Below, piece after piece: positions 1-20,384 of a DNA stretch of 64,000 nt. The number at the start of each line of letters is the position of its first letter. Positions within the stretch are counted from its first letter, which is position 1. The notes under the pieces are model-generated. The model ran no database searches. It was given only the letters and a program-made list of their open reading frames with translations, and was not told the DNA's origin. This stretch comes from Limisphaerales bacterium (GTDB lineage Bacteria > Verrucomicrobiota > Verrucomicrobiia > Limisphaerales > JAJOIW01), in contig CBFHOE010000010.1 of NCBI GenBank assembly GCA_965657355.1, positions 43,795-107,794 of the forward strand. The letters are read 5' to 3'. Position numbers and translations under genes: made by a program.

Positions 1-363
1 CCCAGCCCTAACAAAATTCTGCTGACAGCCGAGTAGTTTCGGGTGGCCTTTGGTAAAAGCAAGTCGTACCCCCTTAAAGAATTCTTCCGGGCATGGCTGC
101 ATGTGAAGCTCTCTTAATTTCGGCTTATCATCGAAAATATCTATTTGAGGTGGAGCCCCAGACATGTGGAGGTATATAACACGCTTGGCTTTTGCTGGAC
201 CCATAGGAGCTTTAGAAAGCATTGCGTTCGCACCATCTGCCTGACTTGCTGATGCGTTAGTCCCAAGCAATTGTGAGAGTGCCATTCCACCAAGTCCGAC
301 TTGGCAGTTTTTCAAGAATTGCCTTCGAGTTTTAAAAAGTAAGGAAGATTGCTGTTTATTCAC
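1..363 (-). CDS. DUF1501 family protein, N-terminal part (runs off the left edge)
   Basis: Not in the ORF track. Manual translation from GTG at 363: MNKQQSSLLFKTRRQFLKNCQVGLGGMALSQLLG...AKAKRVIYLHMSGAPPQIDIFDDKP. Tat-like RRxFL motif and typical DUF1501 N-terminal motif; 3 bp downstream of the DUF1553 gene, the usual pairing. Confidence 0.9.
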   Translation of the reverse strand, partial: MNKQQSSLLFKTRRQFLKNCQVGLGGMALSQLLGTNASASQADGANAMLSKAPMGPAKAKRVIYLHMSGAPPQIDIFDDKPKLRELHMQPCPEEFFKGVRLAFTKGHPKLLGCQQNFVRAG

Positions 364-366
364 TTA

Positions 367-3351
367 TTACCCTTTCATTAAAAAGCCATCAAGATTGAGA
401 ATGACATTGGCAACAACAACCCAAGCTGCTGACTCCTCTATGGGTATGTCATCACTGAAATGTTCTTTGAAGCGACCTAACATCTCTTTGGCCTGGTCCG
501 GATGATTCTTATAATGCTCCACCTCTGAAAGGTAGAGTTCTTCAAGGACTTTTATTTGTTCCGGGCTTGCAGGCCTGACCAGTGCTGTTTGCAAAGCAAA
601 TGTTAAAGCTTCATTAATGACTTTAAATTTCTTCTCCGCTATACGGAGAGCAAAGCCTTGTGACATTTCTACAAAGGCAGGATCATTCATGGTGACGAAT
701 GCTTGCAGCGGGGTATTGGTAGGAATCCTACGTATCGTGCACGTCTCCCTGCTGGGGGCATCGAAAGTCGCCATGGATGGGTATGGTATCGATCTCCTCA
801 GAAATGTGTACAGACCTCTTCGATATCTGTCTTCATTTTCACTTGTCGCCCAATTCCTTTGCCCATTGAATGCAGCTCTCCAGAGACCATCTGGCTGTGG
901 GGGGAAAACAGACGGCCCACGAAGTTTTTGACTCAGAAGTCCAGAAACGCTGAGCGACTGGTCTCGGACCAACTCCGCATCTAAACGAATACGAGACATG
1001 CGAGCTAGCAAAATATTGTTGGGATCTTTTTCAAGTTTCTCGGATTGAACAATACTGCTTTGTCTGTATGTCGCAGATGTCACGATAAGTTTGACAAGTT
1101 TTTTCATGTCCCATTCGAGGTCATTTTGAAAAGTCGAAGCGAGCCAATCCAACAACTCAGGATGGGATGGCATCTTTCCTTGCGACCCAAAGTCTTCTTC
1201 AGTTTCCACGAGCCCTTTTCCAAATATTCTCGCCCAAAAGCGATTTACGGAAACTCTTGCGGTCAAAGGGTTTTGTTTGTCCATCAGCCATTTTGCTACA
1301 CCCAACCTATTTTTCGGGGCGCCTTCTGGTAGATTGTGAAACGCAGATGGAACACTGGCAGCGACCTTTTCACCTTGGTTCAAGAAGCTGCCTTTGACGA
1401 GAACATGGGTGAGGCGCTTTTTGTCTGCGCTGCGCTCTTGCATGATCGGGGTCTTGATCACTCTATTTTCAATATCTCGCTTTTTATTGGAGGCATCTGC
1501 AAGTTGTTTCTTCAATACCCTTACCGTTGAGCTAGTATCAAGAAAGTGCTTTTCAATTTTTTTCTTTTCCTCATCGCTGAGCCCTTTTTCTTCTTTGCCG
1601 ACAAGAGCAATAATTTCATCCGGGGCATTCTTGTCCTTAAGATTAAAATAAAACCCATATCCTCCGGACCCGTTAGCCACTTTTATCAAAAGTTTATTTT
1701 CGCCTTTATTAAGCTCAAGCCCGAGAATTTCTTGGTCCTTTGCAACTCCACGACTCACTTTGTTATCGAGGATTTTTTTTCCATTTAAAAAAACTTGAAT
1801 ACTGTCGTCGCTTCCCAATGAAACATAGCGGTGCGTGGCATTTTCAACAGTAATAGTGCGGTATAGATAAGTCGCTGAATTATCACCTTCCAAGGAAGTA
1901 ATAACACCATCTTTCCATTCAGGCTTTTCTGCCCATCGTAGTTTTTTATCCCCGCTCTCCACGTCCTTCTCGAAGTCTATAGAAGAAAATTTCACGAACT
2001 CCTTGCTATGGGCTTCATCAAAACTTTTTGCTTTGAATGGCCCAATTGACATCCAAGAACTCAAGACGAGGGAATTATTGGGTTGAGGTTCCTGCAATTT
2101 CGTTTTCCATTCCTCATACTCTTTTTTCAAATCTCCGTTAATTGTCGTCGTCGCTGGATTTAATCTGTCTATCTCTGATTGAAGCTCGGCTATTTTTAAT
2201 TCTTGCTGACGGGTTGGTGTAGAAAGCTTTGGAAATTCATCACCTCTATCAGAATCAGCGGTCTGATTGAAGAAATCATAAAACTCATAGTATTCCTTGA
2301 TGCTAATCGGGTCATACTTATGAGTATGACACTTGGCGCACCCCATAGTTAATCCCATCCATACCTGAACAGTCGTGTCGACGCGGTCACGAACAGCTTC
2401 TGTTCGAAACTCTTCATCATCCGTGCCTCCCTCAGTATTTGTCTTTGTATTCCTGTGGAAGGCAGTAGCTAGGAGTTGATCCTTTGTTGGATTTTCAAAC
2501 AAGTCACCTGCAATTTGCTCGTAAGTAAATTGCTCATAGGAAAGATTTTTATTCCAGGCATCTATCACCCAGTCTCTGTATTTCCAAATCGTTCTCAATG
2601 GATCAGATCCGTATCCAGCCGAATCAGCATACCGAGCAAGGTCCAACCACATGGACGCCCACTTTTCGCCATAAGCTGGATTATCCAACAACTTATCCAC
2701 AAGTTTTTCATATGTCTCTGGATCTTCATTATTGGCAAATTCCTGAGCTTCCTTCCATGTGGGGGGAAGTCCGGTTAAATCGAGATAGAGACGCCTCACT
2801 AGAGTGTAAGGGTCGGCCTGTAGGCTCGGCTCAAACCCGGCATTCTCTATTCCATCCAGCGTAAAGTAATCTATTCCATTGATGGGCCATGCCGTGTTTT
2901 GAACCGTCGGGTAATCTGGTTTTGAGAGAGGGTTGAAGCTCCAATGCCTTTCATAATTGGCACCCTGCTCAATCCATTTCTCGAGTATATCTGCCTGCTC
3001 CGGAGTGATGGCATGGCCAGTTTCCGGGGGCGGCATCACTTCATCCGGATCTTTGGAGCGTATCCGCTCCATAATGATGCTCGCTTGTGGGTTGCCGGGC
3101 GCAATAGCCTTAAATCCATCAATTTCGCGCGTGGCTTCTTCAAATAAATCTAAACGTAAATCCGCCTTCAGGGACGACTCATCCGGCCCATGACAAGAAT
3201 AACAATTGGAAGCAAGAATGGGGCGTATGTGCTTGTTGAAAGACAAATTCCCCGAACCAACATTTGAGGCCCACAAACCCGGAATGATGACGAGCCCAGC
3301 CAGGAAAAGTATGAGAACCCCTTGAATTCGCTTTGATCTGTGGTGTATCAC
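367..3351 (-). CDS. Planctomycete-type cytochrome c + DUF1549 + DUF1553 (PSD1) protein with an inserted PA14-like domain
   Basis: Signal peptide; CYSCH and CAKCH haem motifs; WLDLARYADS, RVSVNRFW, HPELLDWLA, TPLQA; central WMSIGPF..LGSDD..LNKGENKLLIKV segment. Confidence 0.93.
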   Translation of the reverse strand: MIHHRSKRIQGVLILFLAGLVIIPGLWASNVGSGNLSFNKHIRPILASNCYSCHGPDESSLKADLRLDLFEEATREIDGFKAIAPGNPQASIIMERIRSKDPDEVMPPPETGHAITPEQADILEKWIEQGANYERHWSFNPLSKPDYPTVQNTAWPINGIDYFTLDGIENAGFEPSLQADPYTLVRRLYLDLTGLPPTWKEAQEFANNEDPETYEKLVDKLLDNPAYGEKWASMWLDLARYADSAGYGSDPLRTIWKYRDWVIDAWNKNLSYEQFTYEQIAGDLFENPTKDQLLATAFHRNTKTNTEGGTDDEEFRTEAVRDRVDTTVQVWMGLTMGCAKCHTHKYDPISIKEYYEFYDFFNQTADSDRGDEFPKLSTPTRQQELKIAELQSEIDRLNPATTTINGDLKKEYEEWKTKLQEPQPNNSLVLSSWMSIGPFKAKSFDEAHSKEFVKFSSIDFEKDVESGDKKLRWAEKPEWKDGVITSLEGDNSATYLYRTITVENATHRYVSLGSDDSIQVFLNGKKILDNKVSRGVAKDQEILGLELNKGENKLLIKVANGSGGYGFYFNLKDKNAPDEIIALVGKEEKGLSDEEKKKIEKHFLDTSSTVRVLKKQLADASNKKRDIENRVIKTPIMQERSADKKRLTHVLVKGSFLNQGEKVAASVPSAFHNLPEGAPKNRLGVAKWLMDKQNPLTARVSVNRFWARIFGKGLVETEEDFGSQGKMPSHPELLDWLASTFQNDLEWDMKKLVKLIVTSATYRQSSIVQSEKLEKDPNNILLARMSRIRLDAELVRDQSLSVSGLLSQKLRGPSVFPPQPDGLWRAAFNGQRNWATSENEDRYRRGLYTFLRRSIPYPSMATFDAPSRETCTIRRIPTNTPLQAFVTMNDPAFVEMSQGFALRIAEKKFKVINEALTFALQTALVRPASPEQIKVLEELYLSEVEHYKNHPDQAKEMLGRFKEHFSDDIPIEESAAWVVVANVILNLDGFLMKG

Positions 3352-3443
3352 AAGAACATTATAGCAAATTAACTCATTTGAGCAATCCCCAGGAGCAGGA
3401 TGGATTTTGGAATCCAGATATGGCTTTCGGTCAGAAAAGGAGG

Positions 3444-5303
3444 TTAATTTGCCATCAATCTGAAAAATTCGGTTCGTTCGGAAAATGGAAGTTTAACGAC
3501 ATAGAGTCCACCAATTTCCGTGGGCTGTAGATCCAGCCTTGACCAATTTGCCCCGATGGAGCCAATCGATTCTATCGAATACACCGTATTTCTCACCGGC
3601 CAGCTCAATTCCAATGAATCCCCGGACCTACGAACCTCTAACCTGACATCAGGCTCAGGGCCGTCCGCCATTCTGACTTGCGCGGTCGAAGAGGTCACCA
3701 CGAGGCCTGATGATGTCATGACCACATAATATTGACCGACAATCTCCTCACTGGGACCACTCAGCCTCAAGGTTGATGAATTACTATTGGGTATCTCATT
3801 CCCATCTTGAAACCACTTATACCGGATACTCGATGGGCTCGTTACAACCACTTGTAAGGTCACCGGCTCGCCTTCCGAAACAGCTTTGTCTGATGGTTGC
3901 TCCAATATTGTTAACTCAGGAGCAGAGACAACTAAAACAGCTGGTTCGGTGGTCACCGCTGACTCATCATTATTTGCAGCAAGTGCATATTCTCCTGAAT
4001 CGTCTGTGGTCAAATCACTCAGCGTCAAAACCGCCGAAGTAGCCCCGGGAATGGGTTCCCCATTTTTCAACCACTGATAGTCGATTTCCAAAGAGCCAAT
4101 AATACTAGCGCTGAATGTGTGACTCTGCCCCAGGAGAGCGATGTGACTTTGAGGAGGGCTCTGTACTTTTAATGGACCTGTGATGGGGACAAGCAGACCA
4201 GGAAGTGAGTCTACCTGGTCGAGTGAATTTGAGACAGTAACACGGTACTGACCTGCATCTAGCTCGGATACAGGTGAGATAACCAATAAATTATCATTTG
4301 CACCAGGGATTGCCACTCCATCTTTATACCATTGGTAGCTCAATTTTTTCTCAGATTCAGCTTGAACATTAAATTCTGCTGTTCCACCCATGAGAACTTC
4401 ATACGATGCTGGATTTCTGATGATATCAATGCTCTGTCTGTCCAGGGAGAAGGTAATTGGGTCAGATTCAATAATAGTATCCAATGTCGAAATCTGGACG
4501 TAATATTCTCCTTCATCAGCTGCTGAAAAATCGTATATATCGTAAGATGGAATATTCGAAGGAATGGATATCGGCTCCCCATTTTTAAACCATTTGTATT
4601 CAGGTATGACGCCATCATCGGATTCGATGACGACCCACAACCCAGCTCGGACGCCAGATTTGAAAGACTGGCTTGCTGCCATATTAACTATTCGTATAGC
4701 ACCTGGAAGAACGCTTAAGACGGCTGTGTTACTTGTGACTGTTCCCGAGGGAGTGCTGATTTCCACTTTGTAATCTCCAGCATGACTCATTTTCACCGGG
4801 CTAAAGACGAGCTCAGTAGAGTTCGAGTCGGGAACCGGAACCCCATTGTGATACCAGACATATCGATAGGCATCGCCTCCATCAACGACAACACTGAGAG
4901 AAGTCACTATTCCCTCCTCGACGCTTAGGCTCTGCGGCTGCTCAGTAATAGTGAGGTCTGGTGCTGGTGAAACCCGAATCACGACTGGATGACTTTTTGT
5001 CTCCCCTACAGCGTCAGCGGCCAAGACGTAATAAATCCCAAAATCTGTCATTTTAATCGAGCTGAATAAAAGCGACGATCCCACAGCACCGGCAATAGCC
5101 ACGTCATTTTTATACCATTGGTAGGTCACACCATCTTGGATTTCTACCTCAACTGCTAAGGTAACATCTGTTCCTTCACTAACGACAACCGGCGCTGTAG
5201 GCTGAGAGATGATAACCGGCTGGCCCACAATCTCACGCATTCCTGTAAACAACACCACTGTAGCAATAGTATATAAAACTATCTTTCTCATCATTCCTTT
5301 CAT
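3444..5303 (-). CDS. Secreted multi-immunoglobulin (about six Ig repeats) protein with C-terminal ...FFRL domain
   Basis: Signal peptide; repeated QP..YQWYKNG..IPGA..DxGxY Ig signatures; distinct terminal ~70 aa. Confidence 0.88.
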   Translation of the reverse strand: MKGMMRKIVLYTIATVVLFTGMREIVGQPVIISQPTAPVVVSEGTDVTLAVEVEIQDGVTYQWYKNDVAIAGAVGSSLLFSSIKMTDFGIYYVLAADAVGETKSHPVVIRVSPAPDLTITEQPQSLSVEEGIVTSLSVVVDGGDAYRYVWYHNGVPVPDSNSTELVFSPVKMSHAGDYKVEISTPSGTVTSNTAVLSVLPGAIRIVNMAASQSFKSGVRAGLWVVIESDDGVIPEYKWFKNGEPISIPSNIPSYDIYDFSAADEGEYYVQISTLDTIIESDPITFSLDRQSIDIIRNPASYEVLMGGTAEFNVQAESEKKLSYQWYKDGVAIPGANDNLLVISPVSELDAGQYRVTVSNSLDQVDSLPGLLVPITGPLKVQSPPQSHIALLGQSHTFSASIIGSLEIDYQWLKNGEPIPGATSAVLTLSDLTTDDSGEYALAANNDESAVTTEPAVLVVSAPELTILEQPSDKAVSEGEPVTLQVVVTSPSSIRYKWFQDGNEIPNSNSSTLRLSGPSEEIVGQYYVVMTSSGLVVTSSTAQVRMADGPEPDVRLEVRRSGDSLELSWPVRNTVYSIESIGSIGANWSRLDLQPTEIGGLYVVKLPFSERTEFFRLMAN

Positions 5304-5308
5304 TCCTT

Positions 5309-16615
<11,307 letters not shown>

Positions 16616-16945
16616 TCTTGGGTTTTGCTAATGTTTCTCTAAACGCACACGTTTAATGGAATCGACCTATAAGTGGCGCCACGAGCACGTTTATGATGGA
16701 ACCATATAGAAATATATTTATCGGGTGTTCCCCCTTTTTTTTAAGCTTTTGTCTACTATTAAGACTTTAACGAGTGTTCTTTCCCCGCTGGGTTGGAGAA
16801 AGATTTTGTGAGAGTGCAAAAAGCAAAAATAAGCCTGGTAAAACTCTCCATACTAAAGAATAGAGCTCCATTACATCTTTTTTACTTTGTTCAATTTGGA
16901 TTGCCGTACAAAGGGGCGATTTGCGTTATCAGATCTCCATTCTCA

Positions 16946-16964
16946 GACATAAATACTTTATGTC
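16946..16964. promoter_or_regulatory. Inverted repeat GACATAAA-N3-TTTATGTC, candidate operator or hairpin
   Basis: Perfect 8-bp arms, extendable imperfectly to 16938-16971, in the divergent intergenic region. Confidence 0.35.
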
Positions 16965-17427
16965 GGGAATGATAAATGAAGGACAAAAGAGGTGTTTAGA
17001 ATTCTTCAGCGTTTTTTATCGAACGGGTATTTTTCAGCTATATCGATTACAACTTAATGAAGGCGAGATAGTTAAGACTGAAAGAATAAATGTATCGCCG
17101 GCATTGGGAGCATTGGCAATTGACGTTCGAAGCGGCAAATAAAATTGATTTTTGGCTCACTGACCCAATGACGATTATGATTAAAATCAGTGGATTTGGC
17201 CGGGAAATCTCCGAAGTTAGGTAAAAGTGCTGATGGGATAAAAGCCATGGATTATAACCGGCTGATCAATCATTTCTCCCGAGGTGCTTATAAAAGATTT
17301 TATTTGGAGCTGAAGAGAAATGCCCAGTGATAAGGGAATGATGATTGCATTGCCTGCCCCTCAATCCGTACCAAATAATATATTTGTAAACATTTGCCTT
17401 AAATGTGGACAAATACATGTCGATAAG

Positions 17428-17455
17428 AGAATTGAACGGAAGCAATTTCAATTCT
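17428..17455. promoter_or_regulatory. Inverted repeat AGAATTGAA-N10-TTCAATTCT, candidate operator
   Basis: Perfect 9-bp arms, 15 bp upstream of the 17471 ORF. Confidence 0.35.
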
Positions 17456-17470
17456 TAATGCATTGAATCA

Positions 17471-17674
17471 GTGAGAAAAATTAGCATTCAAATAATTTTA
17501 CATTACTTGCTAGCTGGAGTGTCCGCTATCGCACTGATTGCTGCTGGAATCGGATTTGCCCATTTATACAAGGAGGGAAAGACCCGAGACGCTAGCAATA
17601 AAGCAGCATTTGAGGAAGAGATCTACCTCGCCAAGGAAGAAGACTTAGAAGAGGCTGAAAAATCCGAGAAATAG
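17471..17674 (+). CDS. Small single-pass membrane protein, unknown function
   Basis: GTG start; one hydrophobic helix then a Glu/Lys-rich tail; no conflicting gene. Confidence 0.6.
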   Translation: MRKISIQIILHYLLAGVSAIALIAAGIGFAHLYKEGKTRDASNKAAFEEEIYLAKEEDLEEAEKSEK

Positions 17675-17732
17675 GCCTAATGCCTTTCAGAAGAATCATA
17701 CCGGCACGGCTGCCGTATGCCCGCACCCCAAT

Positions 17733-18470
17733 TTAAAATGTATATGAGACTCCAGTAATAAGCCTGAGGTCATTACTATTTCGACCCAAAGCAGGCTGGT
17801 TATCATAATTATCTTGAATAACAGCTCTCAAAGAAAGGTTATCTGTAATTTTAGACTCGATACCGACCTCCATCAGCAATAGAAAATTTTCAAAATCGTC
17901 GATTTGAGGTAAAAATTCTGCTGATTGCCAAAAGTTTGCCCTTTCGTTTATTTTCCGAGTATAATTTTCAGCAATTCGTATGCTCGCATAGTTATCCGTG
18001 ACACCACCTTGTTCCTCGTAAACATAATTTCCACCAGCCTGAATAGTCAGTGTTGCGTCATCATTTTTAAGAAAATAGTAACCAACACCAGGACCAAGAA
18101 TGAGTCGGATATTAACATCCGCAATATCGTCGTGAAGTGCATCTAAACGGACATATCCAAATAGCCTATCATTGACGAGCCTATTATATTGCCCAAATCC
18201 CCTTAGAAACTGAGTATTAATACTACCACCGTCTTCACCATAGGTAGCTGTTCCACCAAGGCTTACTTCATTTTTGGAGCCCTTGCGATCAGCCTGAAAA
18301 TTAGCAGTGGCCAACAATGTTTCGCTGTTACCCCGGGTTAAGGTTAGGCCAAAAGAAGCCGTTTTATCCCATTTAATTTTTTGCTCTTCTTGAGCAAATA
18401 TACCTGTAGAAATAAATCCTAGAATAATGAAAGCTATGAATATTTTTTTCATAAATGTCTGGTTTAACAT
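17733..18470 (-). CDS. DUF481 (YdiY-like) outer-membrane beta-barrel
   Basis: Signal peptide; GLTLTRGNSET; LGPGVGYYF; C-terminal GVSYTF. Confidence 0.9.
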   Translation of the reverse strand: MLNQTFMKKIFIAFIILGFISTGIFAQEEQKIKWDKTASFGLTLTRGNSETLLATANFQADRKGSKNEVSLGGTATYGEDGGSINTQFLRGFGQYNRLVNDRLFGYVRLDALHDDIADVNIRLILGPGVGYYFLKNDDATLTIQAGGNYVYEEQGGVTDNYASIRIAENYTRKINERANFWQSAEFLPQIDDFENFLLLMEVGIESKITDNLSLRAVIQDNYDNQPALGRNSNDLRLITGVSYTF

Positions 18471-18612
18471 GATATTTACTGCGTAAGCAGCTATTTCACT
18501 CCATAACCTTTGTCCTAATAAATAAAAATAGGTTTACTGGATGGTGACGGAATAATGTAAAATATTATTTCTAAATCCCCAGGGGGCAAGAGAATTTGGT
18601 TGTTATGGGGAA

Positions 18613-20202
18613 TCAATATTGATAGGTCGGTTCGACCTCCGTTGTCGGCCGGGGGAATTGGTCACTACTCATTCTTACAGTAAACCTCACGTCGCCTTTG
18701 CTCAAGGCCTTCACAGAGACTTTCCAACTCACGCTTTTTTTCGGATCGATCCTTACAAGGGGTTGCATGATGATTTCCTGGTAAGTTATACCGTTAATCT
18801 GTTTTTTTTCGCCGAGTTTGGCTGCGCTTTCTCCAAAAGTAGAAACATATTCTTGGGTTTCCTCCAATTCACAAACAACAATAACGTTTGAAGCAGTGGA
18901 AGTACCTTGGTTAGTCACTGTGATTTCGTAAATGAATTCTTCATTCACAGGCACAGGATCTTTTAAATCCTTAACCTCAAGGGCAATTGCAGGGATTCCG
19001 GTAAATTTAACGGAAGATGAAGAGGATTCGGCGATACCCCCGGGGATACTAATACTGCTCTTAAATTGATATTCCCCAGGAACATCAGACTTCACGTTAA
19101 TTGAAAGATCAGTGGAGTCCCCAGACGGCAAATTAACAAGATCCCACTGAATGTTTGAGCCAACTTTTCTTCCTCCATTGTTGATCGCCAGGATGGTTAT
19201 GTCATTGGGGATACCAAGTTGAACGGTAGCATTTCTGGCAGGAGCATTGCCGGTATTGAAAACAACTAAATTTACGAGAACCTCTTTGCCGATAAACCTT
19301 TGAGAAGGAGATTCAGATCTGATTTGAAGTCGAGGGGCTCTGACTTCAGTGATCATTTGAGCATTACTTGCCGCTCCCTGTTCGGAAATGGCTTTAAGGT
19401 CCAGTTGATAAATCCCGGCGGCTTGAGGCAGCAGTTCGAACGAGAACTTCATTTCAGCCCCGGGAGAAAGGAAGTTTTGTTTGAATTCTATCTTTTTTTC
19501 TCCTGAGAGACTTTTAAGATTTTCCGGAACGAGACCAGAGACGAAAAGTCCTGAAAGGCTGCTGGATCCTGTATTTTTGACTTTGACTTCATATCGAATT
19601 GGCTGGGTGTGAATACTGACCTGAGGAGCAACAACTGATAGCTCTAGATCTGCTCGGGTTGCTTTAATTGTATCAAACATGACAGTTTGAAAAGTTGCCC
19701 AACCCCTTGTCGTGATCTCCCCTTCGGTGACGGCTTTACCTTTTATTTGAATGACTTTTGATTCCCTCGGCCCCAGGTTTCCAATTTTCCAGGTGGAAAC
19801 GGATAGATCAGAAATTATGGGCTTTATTGGAGATGAAACAGTAACTTCAAAGTTACTGGAAGTCTTGTCATGGATCGCGACATTAATTAAATGATGGGGT
19901 GTCAAATTTTGCACTCGATATTCATAGGTGAATTCAGAATTAAGAGTGACTTCCTGTGGAAGTATTTTTTCAAGAAGCAACCCACTGCTTTCCACTTTTC
20001 CCGTTGGAATGGGAACAGAATTCCGGACAAAAGTTACGCCATCGCGGACTATTGTTTCTGTAGTAACAATGGGATCCATTGCTGGACTAATGATTGGATT
20101 TCGAACCTCTACTTGCCCACTGCCTGATATCGCAAATAATAACAAGAAATGAAAAAGAAGAGTTCGAATACAGATATACCCAATTTTATTGTATCGTCTC
20201 AT
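18613..20202 (-). CDS. DUF11-repeat protein, chlamydial OmcB-like
   Basis: Repeated YxxxVxNxG..A.N units; GIPAIALEVKDLKDPV; C-terminal GDVRF..SSDQ..P..E.EPT.QY. Confidence 0.8.
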   Translation of the reverse strand: MRRYNKIGYICIRTLLFHFLLLFAISGSGQVEVRNPIISPAMDPIVTTETIVRDGVTFVRNSVPIPTGKVESSGLLLEKILPQEVTLNSEFTYEYRVQNLTPHHLINVAIHDKTSSNFEVTVSSPIKPIISDLSVSTWKIGNLGPRESKVIQIKGKAVTEGEITTRGWATFQTVMFDTIKATRADLELSVVAPQVSIHTQPIRYEVKVKNTGSSSLSGLFVSGLVPENLKSLSGEKKIEFKQNFLSPGAEMKFSFELLPQAAGIYQLDLKAISEQGAASNAQMITEVRAPRLQIRSESPSQRFIGKEVLVNLVVFNTGNAPARNATVQLGIPNDITILAINNGGRKVGSNIQWDLVNLPSGDSTDLSINVKSDVPGEYQFKSSISIPGGIAESSSSSVKFTGIPAIALEVKDLKDPVPVNEEFIYEITVTNQGTSTASNVIVVCELEETQEYVSTFGESAAKLGEKKQINGITYQEIIMQPLVRIDPKKSVSWKVSVKALSKGDVRFTVRMSSDQFPRPTTEVEPTYQY

Positions 20203-20384
20203 ATACGCGTATTTGATATGCCTGTTGCAGTCTTTGGGAGTAGGATTAATTTTAATTCGGTATGACTCGAATCAAATTGTGTCGAATACAATGGAACCAA
20301 TGACCTCACACTTCAGTATAGTCAAGGCCACCTGGTAGAAACAATATTAACTTATCTTTAGTTAGAGAGTTATAAATTTAAAAA

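Noticed and set aside
16720..16800. GTGTTCCCC and TTCCCCGCTGG resemble a type I-E CRISPR repeat
   Set aside because: Only two partial, non-identical matches, no periodicity and no cas genes.
16921..17451. ORFs 16921-17142 (+) and 17266-17451 (-)
   Set aside because: TTG starts, short, no recognisable features; likely non-coding.
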